Assembly (NCBI GenBank): GCA_020051775.1
Contig: JAGVQJ010000153.1
Location: 4,115-68,114, forward strand
DNA from: Calditrichota bacterium
GTDB lineage: Bacteria > Electryoneota > B3-LCP
Reading direction: 5' to 3'
DNA length: 64,000 bases
Shown piece by piece: positions 10,401 to 20,850 of the stretch; the stretch's first letter is position 1; every line of letters starts with the position of its first letter. Both the position numbers and the translations under genes were made by a program. The notes beneath the pieces are model-generated. The model saw nothing but the letters and a program-made list of their open reading frames with translations, had not been told where the DNA came from and did not search any database.

Positions 10401-10520
10401 CAGGAAGCCGGAACCCATCAAGTGATGTTCGATGGATCAAGATTGGCTTCAGGTCTGTACTTTGTCCGACTGCAATCAGGCGATTTCAACGCCACTCAGA
10501 AGATGATGCTGTTGAAATAA
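7449..10520 (+). CDS. S8 (subtilisin-like) serine peptidase with CTD, paralog 1
   Basis: Triad motifs IVDSG, HGTHCAG, GTSFS; signal peptide; PNPFNPAT CTD. Confidence 0.93.
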   Translation: MHSVRYVALIALLVLLQSVLFAADSYIQTPTGEIKGRLVVELDESLGSIQTDTQSGVAQIGFPALDALARQYRVYSFSRAFPGVPKPEGGEFLDMTRYYLLEFPVGVNLNAIAHDYSVQPGILSTHFDRMIALDYIPNDPSWGSQWALTTVQAPVAFDYCQGSTTVKVGIVDSGIDTTHSDLKNNLWVNPGEDLNHNGIIELIEWNGMDDDGNGYPDDFYGWNFYGSNNDVQDLPTSQNGGHGTHCAGDASAVTNNGVGIASLGYKAKIITARAGLGLTVSVIAAANGMNYCTMQGAKAINLSFGSSSTDPFLPGSISYAWSQGVAVFASAGNSNSSAVHYPAAYDYTVAVASTNASDQKSWFSNYGTWVDLCAPGDGILSTVPPNTYVAWDGTSFSTPITVGLAALVWAAKPSWTNQQVITHIQNTCTNINAQNPSYIGMLGTGRINAGNAIGSLYPNLSYVEQLFNDSLGGNNNHRPDPGESVQLWLTLRNTSSTIPATGVQVSVTCSDTTITLTQTSSVFGTINPGQMVNNHASPIAFTVSQTAQAHNATFVLTLTETGMGVTQVTNLVQQIGQPLLLLVDDAGANLFGPYYTQTLDSLGMGYQYWSVNSQGVPDTAYANDFPMMIWFTGMVSSSVISTTEQTLIQTYLNNGGKLFINGQNIAQSLNTASPTFLHNTLHANFGTANTMVQVLNGVAGNPIGNGLNLDCSLGGSGSGSNINPDGISVIAPAGEAFIYQSSAYRGGLTYTGTSNEMLVFFSFAYEAISGQNSTADRYQVMSTILSWFGAAPPPPPPALDVTLTPVNPPITIPANGGSFQFNAAVLRTTGPQAPFYGWARMKYPNGTYSNPTLGPVQINPPVGVTITRLRIQNIASTHPSGITTYLGYANTTFTYPAMDSSFFTFTKLAIADNGPWVNNSTCSGEPFPGEIMTSTPEAFSLVSINPNPFNPATSIRYQLSPSSRVSLKVYDMAGRLVAELVNGTQEAGTHQVMFDGSRLASGLYFVRLQSGDFNATQKMMLLK

Positions 10521-10614
10521 TCAATCTACCATCAACCGATAACTTAAGAAACAAAAGGGGCGGGCCAAGTCCGCCCCTGCCAATACTAAAGTCATATATA
10601 GCGGAGGATCGCAC

Positions 10615-13600
10615 ATGCGTTATTATCAGTATCTCACCTTAATGCTGGCGGTGTTAAGCTTGACTTGGGGTTTCGCTCAGGCGGAAAATCCCTATCTGCT
10701 GACGCCTGCGAATGAGGTCAAAGGCCGTCTGGTCGTCGAGATAGATCCCACCCTCGGCCCTATTCAAGTCAAAAATCAGGACGGTATCGTTCAAATTGGA
10801 AATCCCGCCTTGGATGCGCTGGCACGCCAATATCACGTCTATTCCCTCGCTCGGGCGTTTCCCGGAGCGCGTATTCCAATCAACCCGGAAATCCAGGACA
10901 TGACCCATTATTACTTGCTGGAATTTCCGGTGGAGATGGATCTTCACGCCGCCCTGGCCGATTTCCGGAGCGCTAGTTCGATTTTGGATGCACAGGTGGA
11001 TCGTGCGATCAAATTGGATTATACACCCAACGACACCTACTTCCCAAATCAATGGGGTTTGTCAACAGTGCAGGCGCCAGTAGCATTCGATTATTACATG
11101 GGCAGCCCTACGGTAAAAGTGTGCATCGTGGATTCCGGCATTGACACGGCTCACGTGGATCTGCGTAATAACCTCTGGATCAATCCCGGAGAGGATTTGA
11201 ACCACAACGGCATCATCGAGATGATCGAGTGGAACGGCATAGATAACGACGCCAACGGTTATACTGACGATTTCTACGGCTGGAATTTCTACAACAACAA
11301 CAACAACGTCCAGGATCTGCCGGTCAGTCAGGGCGGCGGTCACGGAACGCACTGCGCCGGGGATGCCTCTGCTGTGACGGATAATGGGCTGGGAGTAGCC
11401 AGTCTGGGCTGCAAGGCTAAAATTATCACTTCGCGCGCCGGCTTAGGCGGGACGGTTTTGTTAACCGCCGCTGCCAACGGTATCTATTACGCCGCGAACA
11501 TGGGCGCCGACGTAATCAACCTCTCCTTCGGCAGTGACTTTACCGAGCCTTTCTTGCCCCCAGCGATCAACAATGCTTGGAGCCAGGGCGCCATCATCTG
11601 CGGAGCGGCGGGCAACAACGGCGTTTCTACACCGCATTACCCGGGGGCATACGCCAACACAGTCGCCGTGGCGGCAACCGCTCCAGGCGACAACCTCGCC
11701 ACCTTCTCAAACTACGGAACCTGGGTGGATCTGTGCGCTCCGGGTCAGTCCATCATCAACACCGTGCCCGGAAATTCCTACGAATCCTGGGATGGCACTT
11801 CATTTTCCAGCCCCCTTACGGTAGGCTTATGCGCTCTGGTTTGGGGATGCAAACCGACCTGGACCAACCAGCAGGTTATCACTCATGTTCAAACAACCTG
11901 CACCAACATCAATTCCCAAAATCCTCAGTATATTGGCTTAATGGGCTCCGGCCGTATCAACGCCGGCCAGGCGATTTCCGTCCTGTTCCCGCACCTTTCC
12001 TATACTGAACAGGTTTTCAACGACACTTTGGGCGGCAACGGCGATCTTCGTCCCGACCCGGGCGAAACGGTGCGTTTGTGGTTGACCATGTCCAACACTT
12101 CCACCACAGTCGCCGCCACCGGCGTAACCGTTACAGCCACCTGCTCAGATCCGAGCATCACCATTACGCAAGCCAGTTCGACGCTGGGTAATATCCCCAT
12201 CGGCAGTTCAGCCAATAACCACCTCAGTCCAATCATGTTCACGGTGAGTTCTACGTCCACACCTCACGAAGCTACCTTCACTCTTTCGATGCACGAAACC
12301 GGGATGAACTTCACCCAGGTTGCCACCATCACGCAGATGATCGGCCGCCCGCCCATCGTGATCGTAGATGACGACGGCGGCTCGAATTTCCAGATCTGGT
12401 ATGATATGGATCTTGATTCGCTGAATCAGATCCACGACATTTGGAATGTGACTACCGCAGGCTCGATCCCCACGACAACCTTACAACTGTATTCGCTAGC
12501 CATCTGGCACACCTCCAATGCTGCCAATCCACTGACTGCCGGTGAACAGACCACCATCACGAGCTACTTGAGCAACGGCGGCCACCTCTTCTTGGTGGGT
12601 GAGAACATTGACGAACAGATGGCGGGTCAGCCTTTCTATGCCAATACCTTACATGCCACTTCACTTGCGACCGCGGGATCTTTCCAACTAACGGGAGTCG
12701 CCGGCGATACCATCTCAAACGGGACGTCTCTGTTCCTGGCCGGAGGCACCGGCGCCGGTAACAGCCTTTCACCTAATTGCATCAGCCCAACTGGTGGCGC
12801 AGTGGCGGTATATACGTACAACGTCAACAGCTTGGGTGGCGGTCTTCGCTGGAATTCGGGTGTCAATAAACTCGTGTACTTTGCCTTCAATTTCGAGGCA
12901 ACCTCGGGTCTTGCTGGGACCACTTTGCGGCGCACTGTCCTCAACAATATCATTACCTGGTTGGGCGTTTCGTCGCCACCCCCGCCGCCCCCTGCTTTAG
13001 ATGTGACTCTGACGCCGGTGAATCCACCCATTACTATTCCGGCGAATGGCGGCAGCTTCCAGTTCAACGCTGCGGTGCAACGCACTACCGGCCCGCAAGC
13101 CGTCTTCTGGGCTTGGGCGCGGATGAAATACCCCAACGGAACCTACAGCGGCCCCACCTTAGGGCCTGTGCAGATCAATCCGCCGGTAGGTGTGACCATC
13201 ACCCGCTTGCGCAATCAGAACATCGCCTCCACTCATCCTGCTGGAGTGACGACTTACCTGGGTTATGCCAATACGACTTTCACCTACCCGGCCATTGATA
13301 GCAGCTCCTTTACCTTCACCAAGCTGGTGATTTCTAACAACGGCCCCTGGGTGAATGACTACAGCTGCTCTGGCGAACCATTCCCGGGTGAAGTGATGCC
13401 GATCGCACCTGTGTCCTTTGCGCTGATCGAAGCTAATCCCAATCCTTTTAACCCTGTCACAACACTCAGCTTCACTCTGCCGGAAGCTTCGCTTGTCGTC
13501 CTGAACGTATACGACATTCAAGGGCGACTGGTCATCACTCTGGTAAATGGTCTGCGCGAAGCCGGTCAGCACCAGGTAACCTTTGACGGATCAACCCTGG

Positions 13601-13674
13601 CCTCAGGTGTGTATCTATACGCTCTGGAAGCTGGAACAAATTCAGCCACGGGTAAGATGGTGCTGATGAAATAG
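10615..13674 (+). CDS. S8 serine peptidase with CTD, paralog 2 (tandem duplicate)
   Basis: Same triad motifs and colinear architecture as 7449-10520. Confidence 0.93.
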   Translation: MRYYQYLTLMLAVLSLTWGFAQAENPYLLTPANEVKGRLVVEIDPTLGPIQVKNQDGIVQIGNPALDALARQYHVYSLARAFPGARIPINPEIQDMTHYYLLEFPVEMDLHAALADFRSASSILDAQVDRAIKLDYTPNDTYFPNQWGLSTVQAPVAFDYYMGSPTVKVCIVDSGIDTAHVDLRNNLWINPGEDLNHNGIIEMIEWNGIDNDANGYTDDFYGWNFYNNNNNVQDLPVSQGGGHGTHCAGDASAVTDNGLGVASLGCKAKIITSRAGLGGTVLLTAAANGIYYAANMGADVINLSFGSDFTEPFLPPAINNAWSQGAIICGAAGNNGVSTPHYPGAYANTVAVAATAPGDNLATFSNYGTWVDLCAPGQSIINTVPGNSYESWDGTSFSSPLTVGLCALVWGCKPTWTNQQVITHVQTTCTNINSQNPQYIGLMGSGRINAGQAISVLFPHLSYTEQVFNDTLGGNGDLRPDPGETVRLWLTMSNTSTTVAATGVTVTATCSDPSITITQASSTLGNIPIGSSANNHLSPIMFTVSSTSTPHEATFTLSMHETGMNFTQVATITQMIGRPPIVIVDDDGGSNFQIWYDMDLDSLNQIHDIWNVTTAGSIPTTTLQLYSLAIWHTSNAANPLTAGEQTTITSYLSNGGHLFLVGENIDEQMAGQPFYANTLHATSLATAGSFQLTGVAGDTISNGTSLFLAGGTGAGNSLSPNCISPTGGAVAVYTYNVNSLGGGLRWNSGVNKLVYFAFNFEATSGLAGTTLRRTVLNNIITWLGVSSPPPPPPALDVTLTPVNPPITIPANGGSFQFNAAVQRTTGPQAVFWAWARMKYPNGTYSGPTLGPVQINPPVGVTITRLRNQNIASTHPAGVTTYLGYANTTFTYPAIDSSSFTFTKLVISNNGPWVNDYSCSGEPFPGEVMPIAPVSFALIEANPNPFNPVTTLSFTLPEASLVVLNVYDIQGRLVITLVNGLREAGQHQVTFDGSTLASGVYLYALEAGTNSATGKMVLMK

Positions 13675-13695
13675 AAGATTGCATACTCTCAGTCG

Positions 13696-13734
13696 AAAAA
13701 GGCGCTCGGTTTGCTCCCGGTCGCCTTTTCTTTT
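13696..13734 (+). terminator. Intrinsic terminator after the peptidase cluster
   Basis: AAAAGGCG...CGCCTTTT hairpin plus CTTTTG. Confidence 0.6.
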
Positions 13735-13906
13735 GTTATAAAATGACAGGAGATTATAACCCATATCTGCGCCAATCCCAGTCCCTGTCGAGAGAGCATT
13801 TTTAATTTGTCACATTTTGCTTGTCTTTCTTAACATGAAAAGCTATATTGGAGCAATACTACAAGTGAAGCAACACCTTGTTAATCAACATTTATTGCGC
13901 CTTTAT

Positions 13907-14641
13907 ATGGTTAAACTGGAAAATCTGACCAAAGACTTTGCCCGTGTTCGAGCAGTGGATGATTTATCCCTGCACGTGCGGCATGGTGAGATATTCGGCT
14001 TTTTAGGCCCTAACGGAGCGGGCAAGAGCACGACTATCCGTTTGATGATAGGTTTACTAAAACCCACTTGGGGACGCGTTCTCGTTGATGGGATTGATCT
14101 GGCCACAAAACCGCGCCATGTGAAACGTATCATCGGTTATGTCCCCGATCAACCCTTCCTTTATGATCGCCTGTCCGGTCGTGAGTTTATCACCTTTCAC
14201 GCTCAGCTCTTCCAGGTGCCACAGGATCGCCAGCAGAACGCATTAAGCGAACTTTCCAAACGATTGGGGATGGACGGTCTCTTAGACGAGAGGATCGAAA
14301 GCTACTCCCAGGGCGCTCGTCAAAAGATCGCAATTTTGGGAGCGCTGATTCATGAACCTCGACTTATTGTACTGGACGAACCGTTGGTAGGATTGGATCC
14401 CAAATCAGCGCGCATTTTGAAGGATATCCTGCGCGAACGCGTCAACGACGGCGCCACCGTTTTTCTTTCCACGCACATCCTCCCCATCGCGCAGGAATTA
14501 TGCGATCGTATGGCCATTATAGATCGGGGGAAATTGTTGGCTCTGGGCGGATACGAGGAGATCCGCGGTCGTGAAGATGCGAATCTGGAATCGGCCTTTT
14601 TACGCATTACGGAAAGCAGCCCGACAGGCGAAACGCCATGA
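13907..14641 (+). CDS. ABC transporter ATP-binding protein
   Basis: Walker A GPNGAGKS, signature YSQGARQK, Walker B IVLDEP; start taken at MVKLENL. Confidence 0.93.
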   Translation: MVKLENLTKDFARVRAVDDLSLHVRHGEIFGFLGPNGAGKSTTIRLMIGLLKPTWGRVLVDGIDLATKPRHVKRIIGYVPDQPFLYDRLSGREFITFHAQLFQVPQDRQQNALSELSKRLGMDGLLDERIESYSQGARQKIAILGALIHEPRLIVLDEPLVGLDPKSARILKDILRERVNDGATVFLSTHILPIAQELCDRMAIIDRGKLLALGGYEEIRGREDANLESAFLRITESSPTGETP

Positions 14642-16356
14642 GGTCGGACTTTCCACGGGGTTCCTCGGCGCGAGCGTTGCTCCTGCTACTGGACCTGAAA
14701 CTGGCAGACTGGGCTGGAGCTTTACGGGGCTTAAAACCCTCAAGAATGATCCGACTGGCGGTCTCACTGATAATGGCCGCGGGAATTGCCGGCGCGGTTT
14801 ATCAGTTCGATCTCTTTGTATTTGGCTATTTGATGAACGTGCCGGACTTGGGCAAGTTGGTCATCGCCCGTTTTTTCGAATCGGCTTTTTTACTGTTTTT
14901 TACAGTTCTACTTATTTCCACCGCATTAACTGCTCTGTCCATGCTCTATCGCGAGGACGAGCTGGCCCTCCTCTTTTCCCTGCCGGTTTCCGAAGGGGTA
15001 ATCTTCACCGCCAAGTATTTGGAAGTCATCCTGTACAGTTCCTGGGCTTTGATTGTTCTGACCATCCCCTTCATTCTCTCCTATGGCGTGTACTTCAAGG
15101 TCAATTGGATCGCGTATTTTAGTCTATTCGGCGGTCTAATGTTACCGCTGGTGATGATTTCCGGGTCTGTCGGCGTGGCCGGAGCGCTGATGCTGCGCTG
15201 GTTATTCGGCGGCATCCCCCGGCGCAAAGTGCTGATCTGGGCCGGTATTACCATGGGGATTGTGGTCGCACTTTTTGTATTTATCATTTCGACGAATAAA
15301 GGCGTCAGCCAAAAAGGGATGCTCTACCTCTTTTCCTGGTTGGAGGCCGGTAGAGCTCAGGGCGCCACGCTAATCCCACACAAACTGATCGCTCAAGGGT
15401 TCACTTCGGTGCTGGAAGAACGATTCGATTCGTTGGAACGGATTATTCTGACTCTGCTGGGATTGTGCGCCTTGATTGTGTTGCTAACGCTGGACATGGG
15501 AAAGGTGTTGTACTATCGGAGCTACCTAGCGGGCAGCGATCGGTCGCTGACTCGCCTCAAACCCAAGCTTGCCAAAACCCCATCCAATTTTATGTTCAGC
15601 TGGCTATCCCCCCTTTATCGGGCTTTGATGCGCAAGGATTTCCTTGAATTTCGCCGTTATCCCTTGCAGTGGGGGCAGGTCTTTTTGCTGCTGGCATTCT
15701 GGGCGCTCTATCTGGCAAACCTCTTGAATGCTCACCGTTTCTTTGACGTCAGCGAACCCTTTTGGAAACTGGCAATCTTTTATGCCAATTTTTGCTTTTC
15801 CTGCTACTTTACGGCAGCGCTGGCAGGACGCTTCGTGTTTCCTTTGATCAGCTTGGAAGGTCCGGCCATCTGGATTCTGCGTTCGGCGCCTCTGGCGATG
15901 GAAAGCGTGCTATGGTCTAAATTCTGGGGTGCATTTTCCCCCTTGTTTTTCTTATCCGGAAGCATGGTATTGATTGGTAATATCTCCTTAGGTATACCCT
16001 TAGGTATGACTGAAGCTTCGCTGTTGGCTATTTTCGTAGTCTCGTTTTCCATGACCGCGCTGGCGTTGGGTTTGGGAGCCGTGTTTGCGGATTTCTCGCA
16101 GCGTAATCCCATGAAAATCGCCAATACCCCGGGAGGCATCCTGTGCATATTGATCAGCCTGGTTTTTATGGTGCTGATCACGACCATTTTCGCGTGGCCT
16201 ACTTACTTGTATTACAAATTCACTGGCTATCACACGGTTTACCCACTGAACGCCTGGACGACTTCCACCATTATCATCATCGCGCTGGGAATCGTCATGA
16301 CCATCTTCCCCTTGAAACTGGGCTTAAAAGCCCTGAACGCCGACCTGAAGGTGTAG
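14638..16356 (+). CDS. ABC transporter permease (ABC-2-like, multi-TM)
   Basis: Many hydrophobic helices, LLFSLPV and ISLEG..WILRSAP motifs; ATGA-coupled to the ATPase. Confidence 0.85.
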   Translation: MRSDFPRGSSARALLLLLDLKLADWAGALRGLKPSRMIRLAVSLIMAAGIAGAVYQFDLFVFGYLMNVPDLGKLVIARFFESAFLLFFTVLLISTALTALSMLYREDELALLFSLPVSEGVIFTAKYLEVILYSSWALIVLTIPFILSYGVYFKVNWIAYFSLFGGLMLPLVMISGSVGVAGALMLRWLFGGIPRRKVLIWAGITMGIVVALFVFIISTNKGVSQKGMLYLFSWLEAGRAQGATLIPHKLIAQGFTSVLEERFDSLERIILTLLGLCALIVLLTLDMGKVLYYRSYLAGSDRSLTRLKPKLAKTPSNFMFSWLSPLYRALMRKDFLEFRRYPLQWGQVFLLLAFWALYLANLLNAHRFFDVSEPFWKLAIFYANFCFSCYFTAALAGRFVFPLISLEGPAIWILRSAPLAMESVLWSKFWGAFSPLFFLSGSMVLIGNISLGIPLGMTEASLLAIFVVSFSMTALALGLGAVFADFSQRNPMKIANTPGGILCILISLVFMVLITTIFAWPTYLYYKFTGYHTVYPLNAWTTSTIIIIALGIVMTIFPLKLGLKALNADLKV

Positions 16357-16389
16357 TCTCAAGTTTCGAGTCTCATGTCTCGTGCCCAA

Positions 16390-16431
16390 GTCATTGTGAG
16401 GAAGCCCCACCGGAGCTGACGAAGCAATCCC
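16390..16431 (+). repeat. REP-like element (GTCATT...GAAGCAATCC type) preceded by degenerate heptamers
   Basis: GTCATTGTGAGGAAG...GACGAAGCAATCCC resembles widespread short intergenic repeats. Confidence 0.45.
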
Positions 16432-16459
16432 CTCCAAAGCGTATTCCCGCCTAAAATCC

Positions 16460-16488
16460 TTGCTTTTAACCCGAATGACAAGTATATT
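16460..16488 (+). promoter_or_regulatory. Promoter of the MNT/DUF5677/purL unit
   Basis: TTGCTT-N17-TATATT. Confidence 0.6.
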
Positions 16489-16554
16489 TTCAGTGGGGGA
16501 ACATGGGAAAAGTAGGACATAGAATAAGTAATCGAACTCTACTGGAATTTTCTT

Positions 16555-16887
16555 ATGCCAACGTCAGCCGAAAAAGAGCTGTCTGACCGGATCGCACGGG
16601 AATTCGCTGCAGAACTTCGACAACGCTTGGGCGACAGCGTGCATAAGATTATCCTGTTCGGATCACGAGCTCGAGGACTTTTTACTGAAGGTGAGGAGTT
16701 TAAGTTCGTCGTAACCGTTGATCATAAAGATCGAGAGATTGATGGACAGATTCTGGACTTTGAAGGGGAGTACTTGGATCGCTATGACCTACTTTTTTCT
16801 TCTCAAGTTATGACGGAAGACATTTGGGAAATTGAGCAGCGTGGTATGTGGGGAGGAGCTATTAAGATGGAAGGAATTAGGTTATAG
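16555..16887 (+). CDS. Minimal nucleotidyltransferase (MNT)-fold protein, catalytic DxD missing
   Basis: IILFGSRARG followed by LFTEGEEFKF instead of ...SDxD; ends EGIRL. Confidence 0.75.
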   Translation: MPTSAEKELSDRIAREFAAELRQRLGDSVHKIILFGSRARGLFTEGEEFKFVVTVDHKDREIDGQILDFEGEYLDRYDLLFSSQVMTEDIWEIEQRGMWGGAIKMEGIRL

Positions 16888-16896
16888 GAAACGGCG

Positions 16897-18477
16897 ATGT
16901 CTAAGAAGGTAAAACCAAGAGGACACTATACACCACTAACAAAGCATAAAAAGGAGGGGACCTTACTAAAATCTCCTCTTGGAAGTTATTCAAATTTGGA
17001 GGTCATTGATTGGCCACGAGATTTACTTCCAGAGCATCTTTGGATTGCATCATTGGCTGAATATCATACTCTAGATTCTTGCTATTTGCCTTTTTATAAA
17101 TTCATGGATGCTCTCGACGAATATATACCTGAAGGTAAACAAGCAATAGGTCTAATTTCCGATTTTTCTTTAGTTCCTGATATTAAAAGATCAGAATTTA
17201 TTCAAAAGCACGACTTGCTAATCGAGGCAAGTTTTTATCACCCAGTAGGTCGAATATTATCTCTTTATCCAGAAAATCCAGCTGCATGGCTTATCAGTAA
17301 AGTCTCGTTAGAGCGTGATGGCCATTTAGATCCGTTGGTAGAACTTGCGCATCTTAGAAATTTGGTTATCAAATTATTAGATGGTAAAGATGCATTCTCT
17401 GGTCTCATAAGATCGCTACCATTCGGAAGACTTTTAAAGCACGGTAAATTTAAATTTGCTGCTGGTATGGGAGTTATTGATTTGATACCAAAATATCCGG
17501 TGAAATGTACTGATGAAGAGAAACGATATGTGGAATCTCAAACTAGGATGGCGGTGAATGCGGCCATTCAATTAGATGAACTTTACAAAGCACATATCTG
17601 GCCTAAGCAATTTTGGAATAATAATTTTTACATGACAATTTGTAGGCCAGTATTTATTGTATCACCTGGGGCAAAACCCTTAATAGATGACGAAATTTCA
17701 ACAATTTCCAATAAATTAAAAACGAACTCAAAAATTGCTTTTGAATATCTTGAGAAAATTCGACGAGAGGCAAAATGTGATTTATATAACTCTTCAAAAG
17801 ACGAAGTGTTATTTGGATTAATTTCTCGTTTAATTCGTTTATATTTACTTTTCGCAAATGATCAAAATCTTTGGAGCAAAGACGTTGGAGGCATTATATT
17901 GCGTTGCTTAGCCGATACAGCAATTACATTTGCCTATTTAGCAAAGAAAGGCGATAATGAGTTATTTATGAAATTTATTGAATACGGCCAAGGCCAAGAG
18001 AAACTTCATTTACTACATCTGCAAGATAATTATCCAGACTCTAAATCACTAGATGGAAGGGATACAGATTCTATAGCTGAAGAGCTCGGAGGGTTCTCCA
18101 TAGAGATGATGAATATAGAACTTGGTCAATGGACAAAAAAAGATACAAGGCAACTTGCGAAGGATGCTGGCATGCAGGATGTCTACAGACTTGTATTTTC
18201 ACCTACCAGTGGAGATGTTCATGGTACTTGGGCAAGTTTAGTACAATCAAATCTCTGCGTTTGCACTGAGCCATTACACCGTGGACATAGGCTACCATCC
18301 ACCTTGCTACCACCTGTTTATTATGGTATAATCTGGGTTACGCAACATATTCTAGAAGAATCTCTAAAAATCGGAATTGATCTTTTGAATTTTCCAACCT
18401 TAGTTAAAGAGCTTGAGCCACTACCTCTTTTGGATTCAAACAGAGAATCAGAAAAATCAGGATTACAGGCAACGTGA
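16897..18477 (+). CDS. Low-GC protein with DUF5677/HEPN-like C-terminal domain
   Basis: [16 protein letters not shown] and [14 protein letters not shown] resemble DUF5677; AT-rich relative to flanks. Confidence 0.6.
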   Translation: MSKKVKPRGHYTPLTKHKKEGTLLKSPLGSYSNLEVIDWPRDLLPEHLWIASLAEYHTLDSCYLPFYKFMDALDEYIPEGKQAIGLISDFSLVPDIKRSEFIQKHDLLIEASFYHPVGRILSLYPENPAAWLISKVSLERDGHLDPLVELAHLRNLVIKLLDGKDAFSGLIRSLPFGRLLKHGKFKFAAGMGVIDLIPKYPVKCTDEEKRYVESQTRMAVNAAIQLDELYKAHIWPKQFWNNNFYMTICRPVFIVSPGAKPLIDDEISTISNKLKTNSKIAFEYLEKIRREAKCDLYNSSKDEVLFGLISRLIRLYLLFANDQNLWSKDVGGIILRCLADTAITFAYLAKKGDNELFMKFIEYGQGQEKLHLLHLQDNYPDSKSLDGRDTDSIAEELGGFSIEMMNIELGQWTKKDTRQLAKDAGMQDVYRLVFSPTSGDVHGTWASLVQSNLCVCTEPLHRGHRLPSTLLPPVYYGIIWVTQHILEESLKIGIDLLNFPTLVKELEPLPLLDSNRESEKSGLQAT

Positions 18478-20717
18478 AACCCAATCCCCCCGTCACCTTA
18501 AGCCTCGCCCAACAGCATGGATTGTCGGAAGAGGAATACAATCGCATCTTAGCGATTTTAGGCCGTGTACCGACCTACCCCGAACTGGGTGTATTCTCCG
18601 TCATGTGGTCGGAACACTGCTGCTACAAGAACAGCATCGCCCACCTGAAAACCCTGCCGCGCAAAGGCCCCCGTACTCTGGTCGAGGCGGGCGAAGAGAA
18701 CGCCGGCCTGGTGGACATCGGGCACGGTCTGGCAGTAGCCTTCAAGATCGAATCGCACAATCACCCCTGCGCTGTGGAACCGTACCAGGGCGCGGCCACA
18801 GGGGTGGGCGGCATCATGCGGGACATCTTCACTATGGGCGCGCGTCCCATCGCCAGCCTGGACAGCTTGCACTTCGGCCCGTTGGATAACGCTCGCAACC
18901 GCTTTCTCATGGACGGCGTGGTGCGCGGCGTGGGTGATTACGGCAACTGCCTGGGCATTCCCACAGTAGCAGGGGAAACCATCTTTCACGACGGCTACAG
19001 CACCAATCCCATCGTCAACTGCATGGCCGTGGGAGTCGTCAAGAAAGACCGCATCGCTTCGGCTACGGCGGAGGGTGAAGGCAATACCGTCATCATCTAT
19101 GGATCGCGCACCGGCCGCGACGGCATTCACGGCGCCACCTTTGCCTCCGAGGAGATCAGTGAAGAGAGTGAGGCCAAGCGATCTTCAGTGCAGGTAGGCG
19201 ATCCTTTCGCGGAGAAGCTATTGTTGGAAGCCACCCTGGAACTGGTCAAGTCAGGTGTATTAGTGGGTGTGCAAGACATGGGTGCGGCGGGAATAACCTG
19301 TTCGTCGGCGGAGATGGCCGCGAGAGGCAAATCCGGTATTAGCATTAACTTGGATAATGTGCCTCTTCGCGAAAAGCACATGTCAGCCTATGAGATTCTA
19401 CTGTCGGAATCCCAGGAGCGAATGCTGGCTGTGGTTTACCAAGGCCGCATAGAGGAGGCTGAAGCCATCTTGGATCGCTGGGAAATTCTGCACGAGCGGA
19501 TCGGTTCGGTGACTAACGACGGCAAAATGCGTGTTTCTTTCCAGGGTAGTGAGGTTTGCGACATTCCCGCCTGGGAACTGGCTCTGGGCGGTGGCGCACC
19601 GGTTTATCATCGTGAAGCTCGCCGTCCCGCTATCCTGGATGAATATAATGATGCCGACCTAACTCCGTATCGGCTGGATCGCAACTGGAACGTGGCGCTG
19701 TCTCAATTGCTGGCCTCGCCTAATATCTGCGACAAGGGATTCATCACAGGTCAGTATGACTCCACCGTGCGCACCAATACGGTTCTGGGGCCCGGAGGCG
19801 ATGCGGCTCTCTTGTGGATTAAAGAAACCACTCTCGGTTTGGCCATGACCACCGACTGCAATCCGCGATTCGTATACCTGAACCCGCGACGGGGTACGGC
19901 TTTGGCAGTGGCCGAAGCCGCTCGCAACGTATCCTGCACCGGCGCAGAACCGATTGCCATCACCAATTGCCTGAACTTCGGCAATCCTTACAAACCTGAA
20001 TCCTTCTACTTCTTCCAGGAAGCTGTCGCGGGGATGGGCGAAGCTTGCCGCATATTGGGCACTCCGGTGACCGGCGGCAACGTATCATTCTATAACGAAA
20101 GTGAAGAAACCAGCATCCTCCCCACGCCGGTCATCGGTATGATCGGCCTGATGGAGGATGTTGATCACGCAGTGCGGTCGCATTTCCAGAAGGAAGGTGA
20201 CGTCGTCATTCTGTTGGGCAAGACCAAAGCCGACCTGGGCGGGTCCGAATATCTCTGGCATCTCTACGATGTCTTAGCCGGGGACGCCCCGGAATTGGAT
20301 TTAGAGTTGGAGAAACGCACTCAGTTCGTATTACGGAAAGCCATCAATTCCGGCTGGGTTAGGTCGGCTCATGACTGCTCTGAAGGCGGTCTAGCAGTCG
20401 CGCTGGCGGAATGTTGTCTGTTGGACCCTGAACATCCTATCGGGAGCAAGATAAATATCAAACCTGGCAACTTAACCGTGGCAGACCTCCTATTTGCCGA
20501 GAGTGCCTCACGAATCATTATTTCTTGCCCTGCTGAATTGAAAGATGAGATTCTTAATCTCGCGGAATTTATGGAGGTGCCAGCAGAAATCATCGGAGAA
20601 GTCGGCGGTGACCGTCTGGTAATCGCTGATTGGATTGACCTATCTGTGAATGAACTGATTCATATATATTATCAGGCTCTACCGAATTATTTCCATAATA
20701 TTGCCATAGCGCAGTAG
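18474..20717 (+). CDS. purL: Phosphoribosylformylglycinamidine synthase subunit PurL
   Basis: [42 protein letters not shown] motifs. Confidence 0.98.
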   Translation: MKPNPPVTLSLAQQHGLSEEEYNRILAILGRVPTYPELGVFSVMWSEHCCYKNSIAHLKTLPRKGPRTLVEAGEENAGLVDIGHGLAVAFKIESHNHPCAVEPYQGAATGVGGIMRDIFTMGARPIASLDSLHFGPLDNARNRFLMDGVVRGVGDYGNCLGIPTVAGETIFHDGYSTNPIVNCMAVGVVKKDRIASATAEGEGNTVIIYGSRTGRDGIHGATFASEEISEESEAKRSSVQVGDPFAEKLLLEATLELVKSGVLVGVQDMGAAGITCSSAEMAARGKSGISINLDNVPLREKHMSAYEILLSESQERMLAVVYQGRIEEAEAILDRWEILHERIGSVTNDGKMRVSFQGSEVCDIPAWELALGGGAPVYHREARRPAILDEYNDADLTPYRLDRNWNVALSQLLASPNICDKGFITGQYDSTVRTNTVLGPGGDAALLWIKETTLGLAMTTDCNPRFVYLNPRRGTALAVAEAARNVSCTGAEPIAITNCLNFGNPYKPESFYFFQEAVAGMGEACRILGTPVTGGNVSFYNESEETSILPTPVIGMIGLMEDVDHAVRSHFQKEGDVVILLGKTKADLGGSEYLWHLYDVLAGDAPELDLELEKRTQFVLRKAINSGWVRSAHDCSEGGLAVALAECCLLDPEHPIGSKINIKPGNLTVADLLFAESASRIIISCPAELKDEILNLAEFMEVPAEIIGEVGGDRLVIADWIDLSVNELIHIYYQALPNYFHNIAIAQ

Positions 20718-20850
20718 ATTATCGTTAAAATTCTACTTGATTTAGGGCTAAATTCTGATTATTATTTCTTTAATGAATGGTGGAGAACGGCATCCCCCGG
20801 GCAAGGAACTAAAATTATAACTGATCCGCGCGGCGGATAGGAGGAAAGTA

